Source: Synechococcus elongatus PCC 6301 (GTDB lineage Bacteria; Cyanobacteriota; Cyanobacteriia; Synechococcales; Synechococcaceae). Taken from it: DNA of 32,000 bases. Position 1 is the first letter of the stretch. Every line of letters starts with the position of its first letter. The notes under the pieces are model-generated. The model searched no databases. It was not told where the DNA came from and saw nothing but the letters and a program-made list of their open reading frames with translations. Position numbers and translations under genes: made by a program. The DNA lies in contig NC_006576.1 of NCBI RefSeq assembly GCF_000010065.1, forward strand, positions 1,560,001 through 1,592,000, written 5' to 3'. Of the stretch, positions 8,278 to 15,955 are shown in pieces.

Positions 8278-10813
8278 TATGATGAGCAATCGCACCCATC
8301 ATTTTTTTGATTTGTATTTCCCAAGACATTGTTTGGTGTATGGAAACAGAGTGGCTTAATGCTTTAGTTTTCTGTTCTTGGTAATTCTGATAAACCTTCT
8401 CTAACCATGCAACTACTTCTTCTGGGTCAGATTGTCCCCAACCTTCCGTGCCAACATAGGGATAGTAAGGTTTGACAGGGTTTTGAGTTTCCAGAGCGTC
8501 AATCCCAAATAAGTGGATGAGGTCTAGATGACCTGTATTTTTGGAGAGTAAGGTTGGGATTCCACAGGCGATCGCCTCCATCGCCACTAAGTTGGTTCCA
8601 CCCTCTGCCCGATTCGGGAAGATGGCAGCATGGGCTTCTCGAAAGACATGGGGCATTTGAATATTGGGTGTAAAGCCTAAGCAGTAAAAAGAATCTTCTG
8701 GCAAGCCATTCTCAATCAGCCATTGACTAATGTTTGATCTGAGGTCACCTTCTGTTTTGGGTAAGCCCTCTACATAGCCAGCATGTTGAAGGCCATTCAT
8801 ATATTGAGGCAATGCAGTACTCCAATTACAAAGCAATAAAGCCTCTGGGTGCTGTTGTTGGAAGTGTTTAAAAGCTTTAACAACAATATCCTGTCCTTTG
8901 CGATACTCTAGTTTGCCGCCTGAAAAGATGACAAACCGATCGCCAAAATAGCCAGCTGCTTGACTTGGCTGAAAGAGCGTAGGGTCTACACCTTGAGGAA
9001 TACCATAGGCATTGCCTTGATAATGTGCAGCGACTAGATCATTACACCATGTTGAACCAGAGATAATCACAGGCAAACGGTTAGCTCTCTCTTTTCCTGA
9101 GGGTGTTATATACGTGTCTTCCATAAAAATTAAGCCAGCCCTATGAGTAAAGGGAAATTCATACTCCCTAGACTGGAAATCATTCATCATTGCCTGCAAG
9201 ATCAGCAATTTCTGATTAAGTCCCTGATTGAGTCGCTTTAGTACATAATTATCATTCTCAGGATCTAAAACTGGGAGATCTAAAACTTGTGGATCAACTA
9301 GTGGATGGAAATCTTGGACATTTAAGTAAGGACTTTTGAGACAAATAGGAAACCATGACCCCTTTTGACGATAAATCTGAAGGATAAAATTAGTTCCGAA
9401 GACTCCCCAGCCCGTATAAGTTGAGATTAGCCAATCAAACGCGATTCCTCTTTGTTTCTTCTTGTTACAGTTACTTATAACTCTCTCTAAATCAGAATCT
9501 GGCTGAACATTATTGAGGATATTTGTCTGATCTTTTTCAAAAAGAGTAATAAAGTTCTTGACAGAATTTTCAGCAAACCGAATCTTATTTAACAAGAAAT
9601 TAATTTTGGTTAGTCTCAGATTACTTTCAAGCTGTAAGTCATCTGAGTTATTGTTTTCTAAATTGGCAGCTTCTGCAAGTGGACTTTGAAACTTGCGCAG
9701 TTGTCGGTCTAAACTATTGTTCGGATAGCGCTGGTATTGTACTGTTTCAACATCAATTTGAACACCATTGCAAAATCGATAAAGACAATCTCTCAGTGCA
9801 ATATCCTCTGTACATCTGAGCCGTTTATAAACTAACTGAGAAGGAAATCCCTCAACAAACTGAAAGACTGATCTTCTAACTACTAAATTGATTGGTAAAG
9901 AGTCTATGATTCGCTGATGCCACTCTGGCAATATCTCTTCGTCTACCTTGACCCCTAAGCTTACAAAGCCATAGGGCGGATGACCATTAATATTTCGGAT
10001 GAACTTGGTAACGTCTTGATCGAGTGAAATGCCCGCATATTCAAACAGCCGATCTAAAATCTGAGGCTCGTCGAGTGAAATCTCCAAGGCTAGCACGCCT
10101 AGAAGGAGATGTTTTTCTAAGAAGAGATCATCCCCATCGCAGAAAAAGAGAACTTCACCTTGGCTAAAATTGACGCCAGTGTTTCGTGCGATGCCAGCTC
10201 CCCGATTGAAGCGATGACAAACAAGCTGAAAATGAGTTTTGTTGTTAATGTAAGCTTGAATAACAGCAACCGTGTTATCCGTCGAAGCATCATCAACAAT
10301 GATGACTTCTATGTTATACAAGCTAGAGAAAGGCAAATTATCTTGGAAAAATTGAATCGACGCTTCAATACTTTTTAATGTCTGCTCAATTTTAGAAGCA
10401 CAATTATAGGTTGGAACAATGACAGCTAGCGACTGGGCTGAAGGTTGCCAATGTTGTGGAAACTGGTGTAGGCAATTGATTAGCTGGGTTGCTAATGGTT
10501 CAGGGATACGCTGTAAATCAGTATTCTGCTTTACAGTCTGCAAACAAGATTGATTGCGCTCTAGCAACGCACCGAGCAACCCAGTCTGACAATCTGTGCC
10601 ATGGCAGGCAATTTCTTCAATATTAACGCCATTTTCGCTGGCTGCCCAAGCCGCTTCAATCAGCGCTGTGTTGACTTGTTCTTCCTCAGTACCTGCCGTA
10701 TCAATCAACAGACTGGCTGTTTCCTGAGTGACTTGTTGCAGTGCTGCACTGATTTGCAGGACTGCTTTTTGATCAGGAGAAGCCCAATGCGGACGGAGCC
10801 AAAGAAGAGCCAT
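8267..10813 (-). CDS. large bifunctional-looking glycosyltransferase (GT2-like domain plus C-terminal GT4-like domain)
   Basis: 848 aa; SLAVIVPTYNCASKIEQTLKSI, VIIVDDASTDNTV, GEVLFFCDGDDLF (GT-A/GT2), C-terminal VPQGVDPTLFQP...VIFSGGKLEYRKGQDIVVKAF...AIFPNRAEGGTNLVAMEAIACGIPTLLSKNTGH (GT4 family). Confidence 0.87.
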   Translation of the reverse strand: MALLWLRPHWASPDQKAVLQISAALQQVTQETASLLIDTAGTEEEQVNTALIEAAWAASENGVNIEEIACHGTDCQTGLLGALLERNQSCLQTVKQNTDLQRIPEPLATQLINCLHQFPQHWQPSAQSLAVIVPTYNCASKIEQTLKSIEASIQFFQDNLPFSSLYNIEVIIVDDASTDNTVAVIQAYINNKTHFQLVCHRFNRGAGIARNTGVNFSQGEVLFFCDGDDLFLEKHLLLGVLALEISLDEPQILDRLFEYAGISLDQDVTKFIRNINGHPPYGFVSLGVKVDEEILPEWHQRIIDSLPINLVVRRSVFQFVEGFPSQLVYKRLRCTEDIALRDCLYRFCNGVQIDVETVQYQRYPNNSLDRQLRKFQSPLAEAANLENNNSDDLQLESNLRLTKINFLLNKIRFAENSVKNFITLFEKDQTNILNNVQPDSDLERVISNCNKKKQRGIAFDWLISTYTGWGVFGTNFILQIYRQKGSWFPICLKSPYLNVQDFHPLVDPQVLDLPVLDPENDNYVLKRLNQGLNQKLLILQAMMNDFQSREYEFPFTHRAGLIFMEDTYITPSGKERANRLPVIISGSTWCNDLVAAHYQGNAYGIPQGVDPTLFQPSQAAGYFGDRFVIFSGGKLEYRKGQDIVVKAFKHFQQQHPEALLLCNWSTALPQYMNGLQHAGYVEGLPKTEGDLRSNISQWLIENGLPEDSFYCLGFTPNIQMPHVFREAHAAIFPNRAEGGTNLVAMEAIACGIPTLLSKNTGHLDLIHLFGIDALETQNPVKPYYPYVGTEGWGQSDPEEVVAWLEKVYQNYQEQKTKALSHSVSIHQTMSWEIQIKKMMGAIAHHIKI

Positions 10814-10821
10814 GCGGAAAT

Positions 10822-10837
10822 TTTCAGGAACCTGAAA
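10822..10837. promoter_or_regulatory. perfect 7-bp inverted repeat TTTCAGG-AA-CCTGAAA in the 85-bp divergent spacer between the GT gene and the first pilin gene
   Basis: Read directly; location between divergent start codons (10813 minus, 10899 plus) suggests operator or 5'UTR element. Function inferred. Confidence 0.35.
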
Positions 10838-10898
10838 TAAAAGCCTGCTGTAGGGGTAAGTTACTTCAAGAACAGCTCTCTTGCTGAGGATCTCCTGA

Positions 10899-11333
10899 AT
10901 GTCTGACTCCCTCCGTCTTCGTTATCTACAATATCTTGCCCAGCGTAAAGACGAACAAGGTGAAGAAGAAAAAGGTTTTACCCTTGTCGAGTTGCTGGTC
11001 GTTATCATTATCGTTGGCATCTTGGCAGCAGTTGCATTACCGAACCTGTTGGCTCAAACAGATAAAGCCTATGCCTCTGAAGGCAAATCAGCAGTCGGTG
11101 CTGCTCTTCGTACCCTTAGTGCGGCGACACTAGATCCTAACTACGTCACCAATGCGTCTTGTACACAGCTTGGTATTGGTAGCAGTGCAGGTAACTTTAA
11201 CATAACTTGCGGCAATGCTAGCCAAGTAACGGCTGCTGGAAGTGGTAAAGCAGCGAATATTAACGTGACTGGCACAATCGGGACAGACGGTAAATTTACC
11301 GTTATTGCAACCAAAGGCAGCGCAACTCTTTAA
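10899..11333 (+). CDS. pilA: type IV major pilin-like protein, copy 1
   Basis: 144 aa; prepilin leader MSDSLRLRYLQYLAQRKDEQGEEEKG/FTLVELLVVIIIVGILAAVALPNLL with Glu5, C-terminal domain with Cys pair. Confidence 0.93.
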   Translation: MSDSLRLRYLQYLAQRKDEQGEEEKGFTLVELLVVIIIVGILAAVALPNLLAQTDKAYASEGKSAVGAALRTLSAATLDPNYVTNASCTQLGIGSSAGNFNITCGNASQVTAAGSGKAANINVTGTIGTDGKFTVIATKGSATL

Positions 11334-11360
11334 CAGAAGAGTTAATAATATCGAATTTAT

Positions 11361-11412
11361 CTAATCAATAGACCTTTTCAAGGTAAAGCCTGTGAAAAGA
11401 TCTATTGATTAG
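11361..11412. terminator. long imperfect hairpin between the two pilin genes (terminator, attenuator or mRNA-stabilising element)
   Basis: CTAATCAATAGA (11361-11372) pairs perfectly with TCTATTGATTAG (11401-11412); 1x1 mismatch, then CTTTTCA (11374-11380) pairs with TGAAAAG (11393-11399). No long T-tract follows. Confidence 0.65.
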
Positions 11413-11477
11413 TCATGAAGTTATTATCTCATTTCTCTAAGTAGAAGTCTAAATCTAAAAAGTGAGAGTGATCTAGA

Positions 11478-11483
11478 TATAAT
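11478..11483 (+). promoter_or_regulatory. candidate -10 box TATAAT upstream of the second pilin gene
   Basis: Consensus TATAAT 38 nt before ATG at 11522; no convincing TTGACA at 16-18 bp spacing. Confidence 0.35.
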
Positions 11484-11521
11484 TTGTATAAGCTATCTCT
11501 ATATTGAGAGGGTCACTCAAA

Positions 11522-11956
11522 ATGTCTGAATCGCTCCGTCTACGTTATCTGCAATATCTTGCCCAGCGTAAAGACGAACAAGGTGAAGAAGAAAAAGGTT
11601 TCACCCTTGTCGAGTTGCTGGTCGTTATCATCATCGTTGGCATCTTGGCAGCAGTTGCATTACCGAACCTGTTGGCTCAAACAGATAAAGCCTACGCCTC
11701 TGAAGGTAAATCAGCAGTCGGTGCTGCTCTTCGTACCCTTAGTGCGGCGACACTAGACCCTAACTACGTCACCAATGCGTCTTGTACACAGCTTGGTATT
11801 GGTAGCAGTGCAGGTAACTTTAACATAACTTGCGGCAATGCTAGCCAAGTAACGGCTGCTGGAAGTGGTAAAGCAGCGAATATTAACGTGACTGGCACAA
11901 TCGGGACAGACGGTAAGTTTACCGTTATTGCAACCAAAGGCAGCGCAACTCTTTAA
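11522..11956 (+). CDS. pilA: type IV major pilin-like protein, copy 2
   Basis: 144 aa from ATG 11522 (the 11504 start in the ORF track is an upstream TTG). Differs from copy 1 by one residue (D3E). Confidence 0.93.
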   Translation: MSESLRLRYLQYLAQRKDEQGEEEKGFTLVELLVVIIIVGILAAVALPNLLAQTDKAYASEGKSAVGAALRTLSAATLDPNYVTNASCTQLGIGSSAGNFNITCGNASQVTAAGSGKAANINVTGTIGTDGKFTVIATKGSATL

Positions 11957-11970
11957 CAGAGTATTTAACA

Positions 11971-12009
11971 GTTTTTAGGAATTCGGGATATTCCCAAATT
12001 CCTAAAAAC
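11971..12009. terminator. hairpin after the second pilin gene, overlapping the stop codon of the convergent gene
   Basis: GTTTTTAGGAATT (11971-11983) perfectly inverted as AATTCCTAAAAAC (11997-12009), inner GGGA/TCCC pairing around TAT. The A/T tract order is not that of a textbook terminator. Confidence 0.55.
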
Positions 12010-14368
12010 TTGAAAGCAGATGGGCAAAGTAACAAAGCTCTATAGAAGAGTACCAAGTTAATTCCAAGTTTTGCTGCCATCTCCAATCTGGTGGGTAAGC
12101 AAGAAGAACTTTTGCTGGTGTTCCCATTGCCCCTGCCAAATGCACGATCGCAGTATCCACCGTCACCAGTAGATCCAATTCCATCAACACCCGAGCCGTT
12201 GCTGAAAAATCCACCAAGCGATTGCTCCAATCCTGAATCCCTTCCGGTAACCTACCCTCATACCCCAACTGCAGACTCACCACTTCCAGATCTGACCTCT
12301 GCATACTTTCTCGCACCAGCTCCAACATTGCTTCTAGCGAACAGCTGCGCCGATCCGCTGTCGCACTCTTTTGTATTCCTGCCCGCTGACCCGCCAGCCA
12401 AACAATTCCAACCCGAAACTTGTGGTTTTGATCCTCACGAGGCGGTGGCAACGGACAAGGCAACCAACCCTCGCGATAGGGAATATCTTTTAAGCTCGGC
12501 CACACCAACCGAGGCAACGACAGCAACGGCACCTGAAAATCAAATAATTCTTCCGTTATCTGTGCCGGAATCACCTTAATGCCCAAACTTGCCAGCGGCT
12601 CCGCAAACAACGGCACTAGTACCGCATCCGTCTGGAACTGAATACGAGCCTGCGGATAGCGATCGCGCAGCACCCACAAGTAGCGACTGAACTGAATTTG
12701 ATCGCCATAGCCCTGCTCTCCCCACACCAATAGCGATCGCTGACCCAGCTCTACCCCCTGCCATCGTGGTTGCGGATAATGCGCCGCCAACGCTGCCAAA
12801 CTCGGCTCCGCAGCAAAGCGAGCTTCATAGATATCCCAACCTTCTGCCTTGCCCTGCCGCAACAAAATTTCTGCGATCGCCAGCTGAGCATTTGCTCGTT
12901 CTGGTTCTCGCGCCACCACCTGCTGATATAGCGATAGCGCCTGATCATACCGACCTGCCAAATTGAGCGTATCAGCTTGTAGCAGTAGGCGATCGATCGC
13001 TGCCGGTACCTCTTCTAGTAGTGCTTGACTAAGAGCTAATGCCTCTTCCCACTGTTCCTGCTGCCGCAACGCCACACAAAGATTGGTGCGCAATTTTGGA
13101 TGGTGGGGCTGTGCCTGCAATCCCTGTCGATAGATTGCGATCGCCGTATCCCATTCCCCGAGTTGCGTTTGCGCCACCCCCAGCAAGTTGTAATGCTCTC
13201 CCTGCTCTGCCTCCGGCATCACCATGGAATCCAGTAAGGCCAATGCTGCTTTGGGTTGCTGTTGCGTCAACGCTAAGCGTGCTTGCTCTAAAATCCGAGC
13301 TGGCGACCGGGGCAGTGTTGCCAAATAAGTTGCGGCTGCTTCCAGATCTCCCTTAAGTCGATACCGTTCCGCCTGAGACAACAACACCGCCTCAATCTCT
13401 ACCTCTGACGCAGAAGGATGAAGCGATCGCTGATCCAAGATTTGCCACAGCGTCTGCACCTGTCGTGCCAAAGAATAGAAATAGTGCTGATAAACCTGTT
13501 GCAAATGCTGCTGCATCACCTGCCATTGATCCGTTGAAATCGCTTGAAGGAGCTGCGGTAATTCCCAACAGCGATCTTCAGCAACAGATAGCGAAAACTC
13601 TGACCAATCCAGCAACTCCGAAAACGGTAGCACCCAATCATCAGCCAAAATGACCGGAATCGCCCCGCCTGCCATCACCTCTAGCAAGCGATAGGAAAAA
13701 ATATCATGGCCACGTGGAGCTACAGAAAAGCGCGATCGGGCAATTAAATCTGTATAGACTTGTTGCTCAGCGCTTAGTCCCTCAGCCTCATCCACATAAT
13801 TCAACGTCCCCCAATAGCTTTGCTGGATCAGCTCAGCTGCAATCTCGGGTGGCTGATGAAGCCGTTGTAATTGCTCCCGCACCGGATGACTATTAGCTCC
13901 CCGAAAACTGAGTAAAGTTGAGCGATCTCGGCTTGGATAGCAATGCTGATCTAAGAGTGGCATCGGAGGAAAACTCACATCAATGCCAACGCGATAGTTT
14001 CCCAGTGTATGGCAATGACTCACCACCACCACATCCGGCAATACCTGTGCGATCGCTGGCCACTGTGCCAATGGATTCATATTGATTAGCACCAAGGGCT
14101 TGCCATAGCCACTGACCGGATGATCAAACAGAAACGCTAAAATTTCTTCATCTGTTGGAAAGCGATCGCCCTTTAAAATCGCCTTACGTTGCGATCCGTA
14201 ATACGGCCAGTTGGTCTCTAGGGCAAAATCTGCATCCAGAAAAATATAGTCTGCCTGCTCAACCTTTTCAGTCCGTGCCGGATGATGTTTGAGAACAGTA
14301 AAGAAGCGATCGTGCCAAACCGTTCGAAATGACCAATCCCCAGCTTCAGCTAGATAAAAATAAGCCAT
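12002..14368 (-). CDS. multidomain protein: exostosin-like (GT47-like) N-terminus, TPR repeats, GT9/OGT-like C-terminal domain
   Basis: 788 aa; exostosin-like YTDLIARSRFSVAPRGHDIFSYRLLEVMAGGAIPVILADDWVLPFSELLDWSEFSLSV; several TPRs (GEHYNLLGVAQTQLGEWDTAIAIYRQGLQAQPHH); C-terminal LLVWGEQGYGDQIQFSRYLWVL and LVTVDTAIVHLAGAMGTPAKVLLAYPPDWRW. Confidence 0.8.
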   Translation of the reverse strand: MAYFYLAEAGDWSFRTVWHDRFFTVLKHHPARTEKVEQADYIFLDADFALETNWPYYGSQRKAILKGDRFPTDEEILAFLFDHPVSGYGKPLVLINMNPLAQWPAIAQVLPDVVVVSHCHTLGNYRVGIDVSFPPMPLLDQHCYPSRDRSTLLSFRGANSHPVREQLQRLHQPPEIAAELIQQSYWGTLNYVDEAEGLSAEQQVYTDLIARSRFSVAPRGHDIFSYRLLEVMAGGAIPVILADDWVLPFSELLDWSEFSLSVAEDRCWELPQLLQAISTDQWQVMQQHLQQVYQHYFYSLARQVQTLWQILDQRSLHPSASEVEIEAVLLSQAERYRLKGDLEAAATYLATLPRSPARILEQARLALTQQQPKAALALLDSMVMPEAEQGEHYNLLGVAQTQLGEWDTAIAIYRQGLQAQPHHPKLRTNLCVALRQQEQWEEALALSQALLEEVPAAIDRLLLQADTLNLAGRYDQALSLYQQVVAREPERANAQLAIAEILLRQGKAEGWDIYEARFAAEPSLAALAAHYPQPRWQGVELGQRSLLVWGEQGYGDQIQFSRYLWVLRDRYPQARIQFQTDAVLVPLFAEPLASLGIKVIPAQITEELFDFQVPLLSLPRLVWPSLKDIPYREGWLPCPLPPPREDQNHKFRVGIVWLAGQRAGIQKSATADRRSCSLEAMLELVRESMQRSDLEVVSLQLGYEGRLPEGIQDWSNRLVDFSATARVLMELDLLVTVDTAIVHLAGAMGTPAKVLLAYPPDWRWQQNLELTWYSSIELCYFAHLLSSF

Positions 14369-14375
14369 GCAGCCA

Positions 14376-15719
14376 TCAAGCCTGAGTCAGAAACAGGCAC
14401 TGATCGCGTTCTAACTCAGCTAAGAAATTCCAAACCAACTCCGCTACTGCTTCCAACTCCCAAAGCTCACCCGTCACATAATCCAACGGTTGCAACTGTT
14501 GGAAGCGCTGTACCAACTCCTGCACAGACAGCACCTTCTCAAACAGGGGCTTAATCAACGCCCCAAACAGCGGCTCATAGGTCAACAGCCCCAAAAACTC
14601 CCCATGCAACGCCCGCGCCAAACTAAAGCGCTCTCGCAACTTCAGCTTCTCCTGCAACTGCTGCTCAATCCCCGATGTTGCCAACTGAGGATGCAACTGA
14701 ACCTTTAGCCCCAACCGTTGCTCTAGAGGTAAATTCTCCCAAGCTTGGGTAGGGGCTAACGGCTGCAGACTACACCAGAAATCAAACAGGCGATTGACCG
14801 GATGCAACAGGTCGTACAAATAAGCCTGATCCAGCAAACTCGCTTCCTGGATGCCTAATGCCCAAAACGCCGGAATTTGATCGCGATCGCCAAACAACTC
14901 ACTCAGCCGCCACAGCGGGGCTTGCACCATACCCAAAAATTCCAGCCCCGCAGTCTCCAAATACTGCCGCAGGTCTGGAACGCCATAACCCTTATCCGCC
15001 TGCAACAACAGATTTGCTAATAGCCATTGTTCGAGTTCATCTTGTTTCTCTTCTTTTTGCAGTTGTAGGGGCAGGTTCCAGACCGCAGCCCGACTCAAAA
15101 CCCCTGGTTGCAGCGCATTCATTAACTCTGTCACTGCTTCCATTTCTGCCGCCTCTGGATTGCCATCCAGAAATCCTAGAAACTTGAACAGTTCCTGTAA
15201 GCGGTAATGAGCAATTCGTTGATTCTTAGAGTGTAAATTGGCGCGAATAATCCCATCAGGCTTTAGCACCGCTTTCATTTGCCCCAGCGCTGCTGCAGGA
15301 TCATCAAAAAAATAGAGCAGCTCATCACAATTGATATAGTCAAATGCGATCTCGAGCTGACCAATCTCATCCAGCCCCAGCGCATAGAACTTGACTTCGG
15401 GGAAGCCCTGAAACTTGAGTCGCTCCTGCGCTAGCTCCACCGACTTCAGCGATAGATCCACCCCAATAATTTCAGCGCCTGGATTGGCTAGCGCCAGCAT
15501 CAACGTCTTGTAGCCGCTGCCACAACCCACATCTAGAATGCAAGCGCCTTCGGTTGCTTTCAGACTGCGATCGCGCCGATAGAAAGCCGAACGAATATCG
15601 TGAATCGCCAGCGCCCCATAGTTTTCCTTGGGCGTTGCCTCCAACGGCACCCGTGGATAGGGCCCATAGTCAAACTGCGCACGGATCCGTTCCAAAGCCT
15701 CAGATGACAGTGAAGACAT
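14376..15719 (-). CDS. class I SAM-dependent methyltransferase with long C-terminal extension
   Basis: 447 aa; ACILDVGCGSGYKTLMLALANPGAEIIGVDLSLKSVELAQERL, DYINCDELLYFFDDPAAALGQMKAVLKPDGII; 7 bp from the neighbouring gene on the same strand. Confidence 0.85.
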   Translation of the reverse strand: MSSLSSEALERIRAQFDYGPYPRVPLEATPKENYGALAIHDIRSAFYRRDRSLKATEGACILDVGCGSGYKTLMLALANPGAEIIGVDLSLKSVELAQERLKFQGFPEVKFYALGLDEIGQLEIAFDYINCDELLYFFDDPAAALGQMKAVLKPDGIIRANLHSKNQRIAHYRLQELFKFLGFLDGNPEAAEMEAVTELMNALQPGVLSRAAVWNLPLQLQKEEKQDELEQWLLANLLLQADKGYGVPDLRQYLETAGLEFLGMVQAPLWRLSELFGDRDQIPAFWALGIQEASLLDQAYLYDLLHPVNRLFDFWCSLQPLAPTQAWENLPLEQRLGLKVQLHPQLATSGIEQQLQEKLKLRERFSLARALHGEFLGLLTYEPLFGALIKPLFEKVLSVQELVQRFQQLQPLDYVTGELWELEAVAELVWNFLAELERDQCLFLTQA

Positions 15720-15955
15720 AGGCTCCTAAGTGGCAGCGATCGTATTTTGGCAGCCTACCCTGTCTAAGTCAGCTTGTTATCAAGCAGCCTAGCGGTCATT
15801 CGCAGCCTAATTGCTTCAAACCTACCCACCATGCCCATCTAGAGACACCATAAAGCCCCTTAGCCTGCTCAGTTTTCTACGTTTTGCTGGAGCTGCAAAG
15901 AAAAAAGGACTAGCAGTCGCAGCAGAATAGTCCTACAACTCAGTAAGGATTCAGT

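Larger units (their letters stand above)
10899..11956. repeat. tandem direct duplication of the pilin gene (435-bp units)
   Basis: Units 10899-11333 and 11522-11956 differ at about 10 nt, 9 of them synonymous. Confidence 0.95.

Noticed and set aside
11504-11521. Extended N-terminus MRGSLK for the second pilin
   Set aside because: It begins at a TTG; ATG at 11522 gives the same length and leader as copy 1.
12091-12948. Plus-strand ORFs (12091..12579, 12766..12966) opposite the exostosin-TPR gene
   Set aside because: Proline/serine-rich, low-complexity shadow translations antisense to a clear protein-coding gene; no RBS or motif support.
13039-15187. Plus-strand ORFs 13039..13356, 13465..13653, 13714..13896, 14490..14708 and 14858..15187
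   Set aside because: All lie antisense to well-supported minus-strand coding sequence and have shadow-ORF composition.
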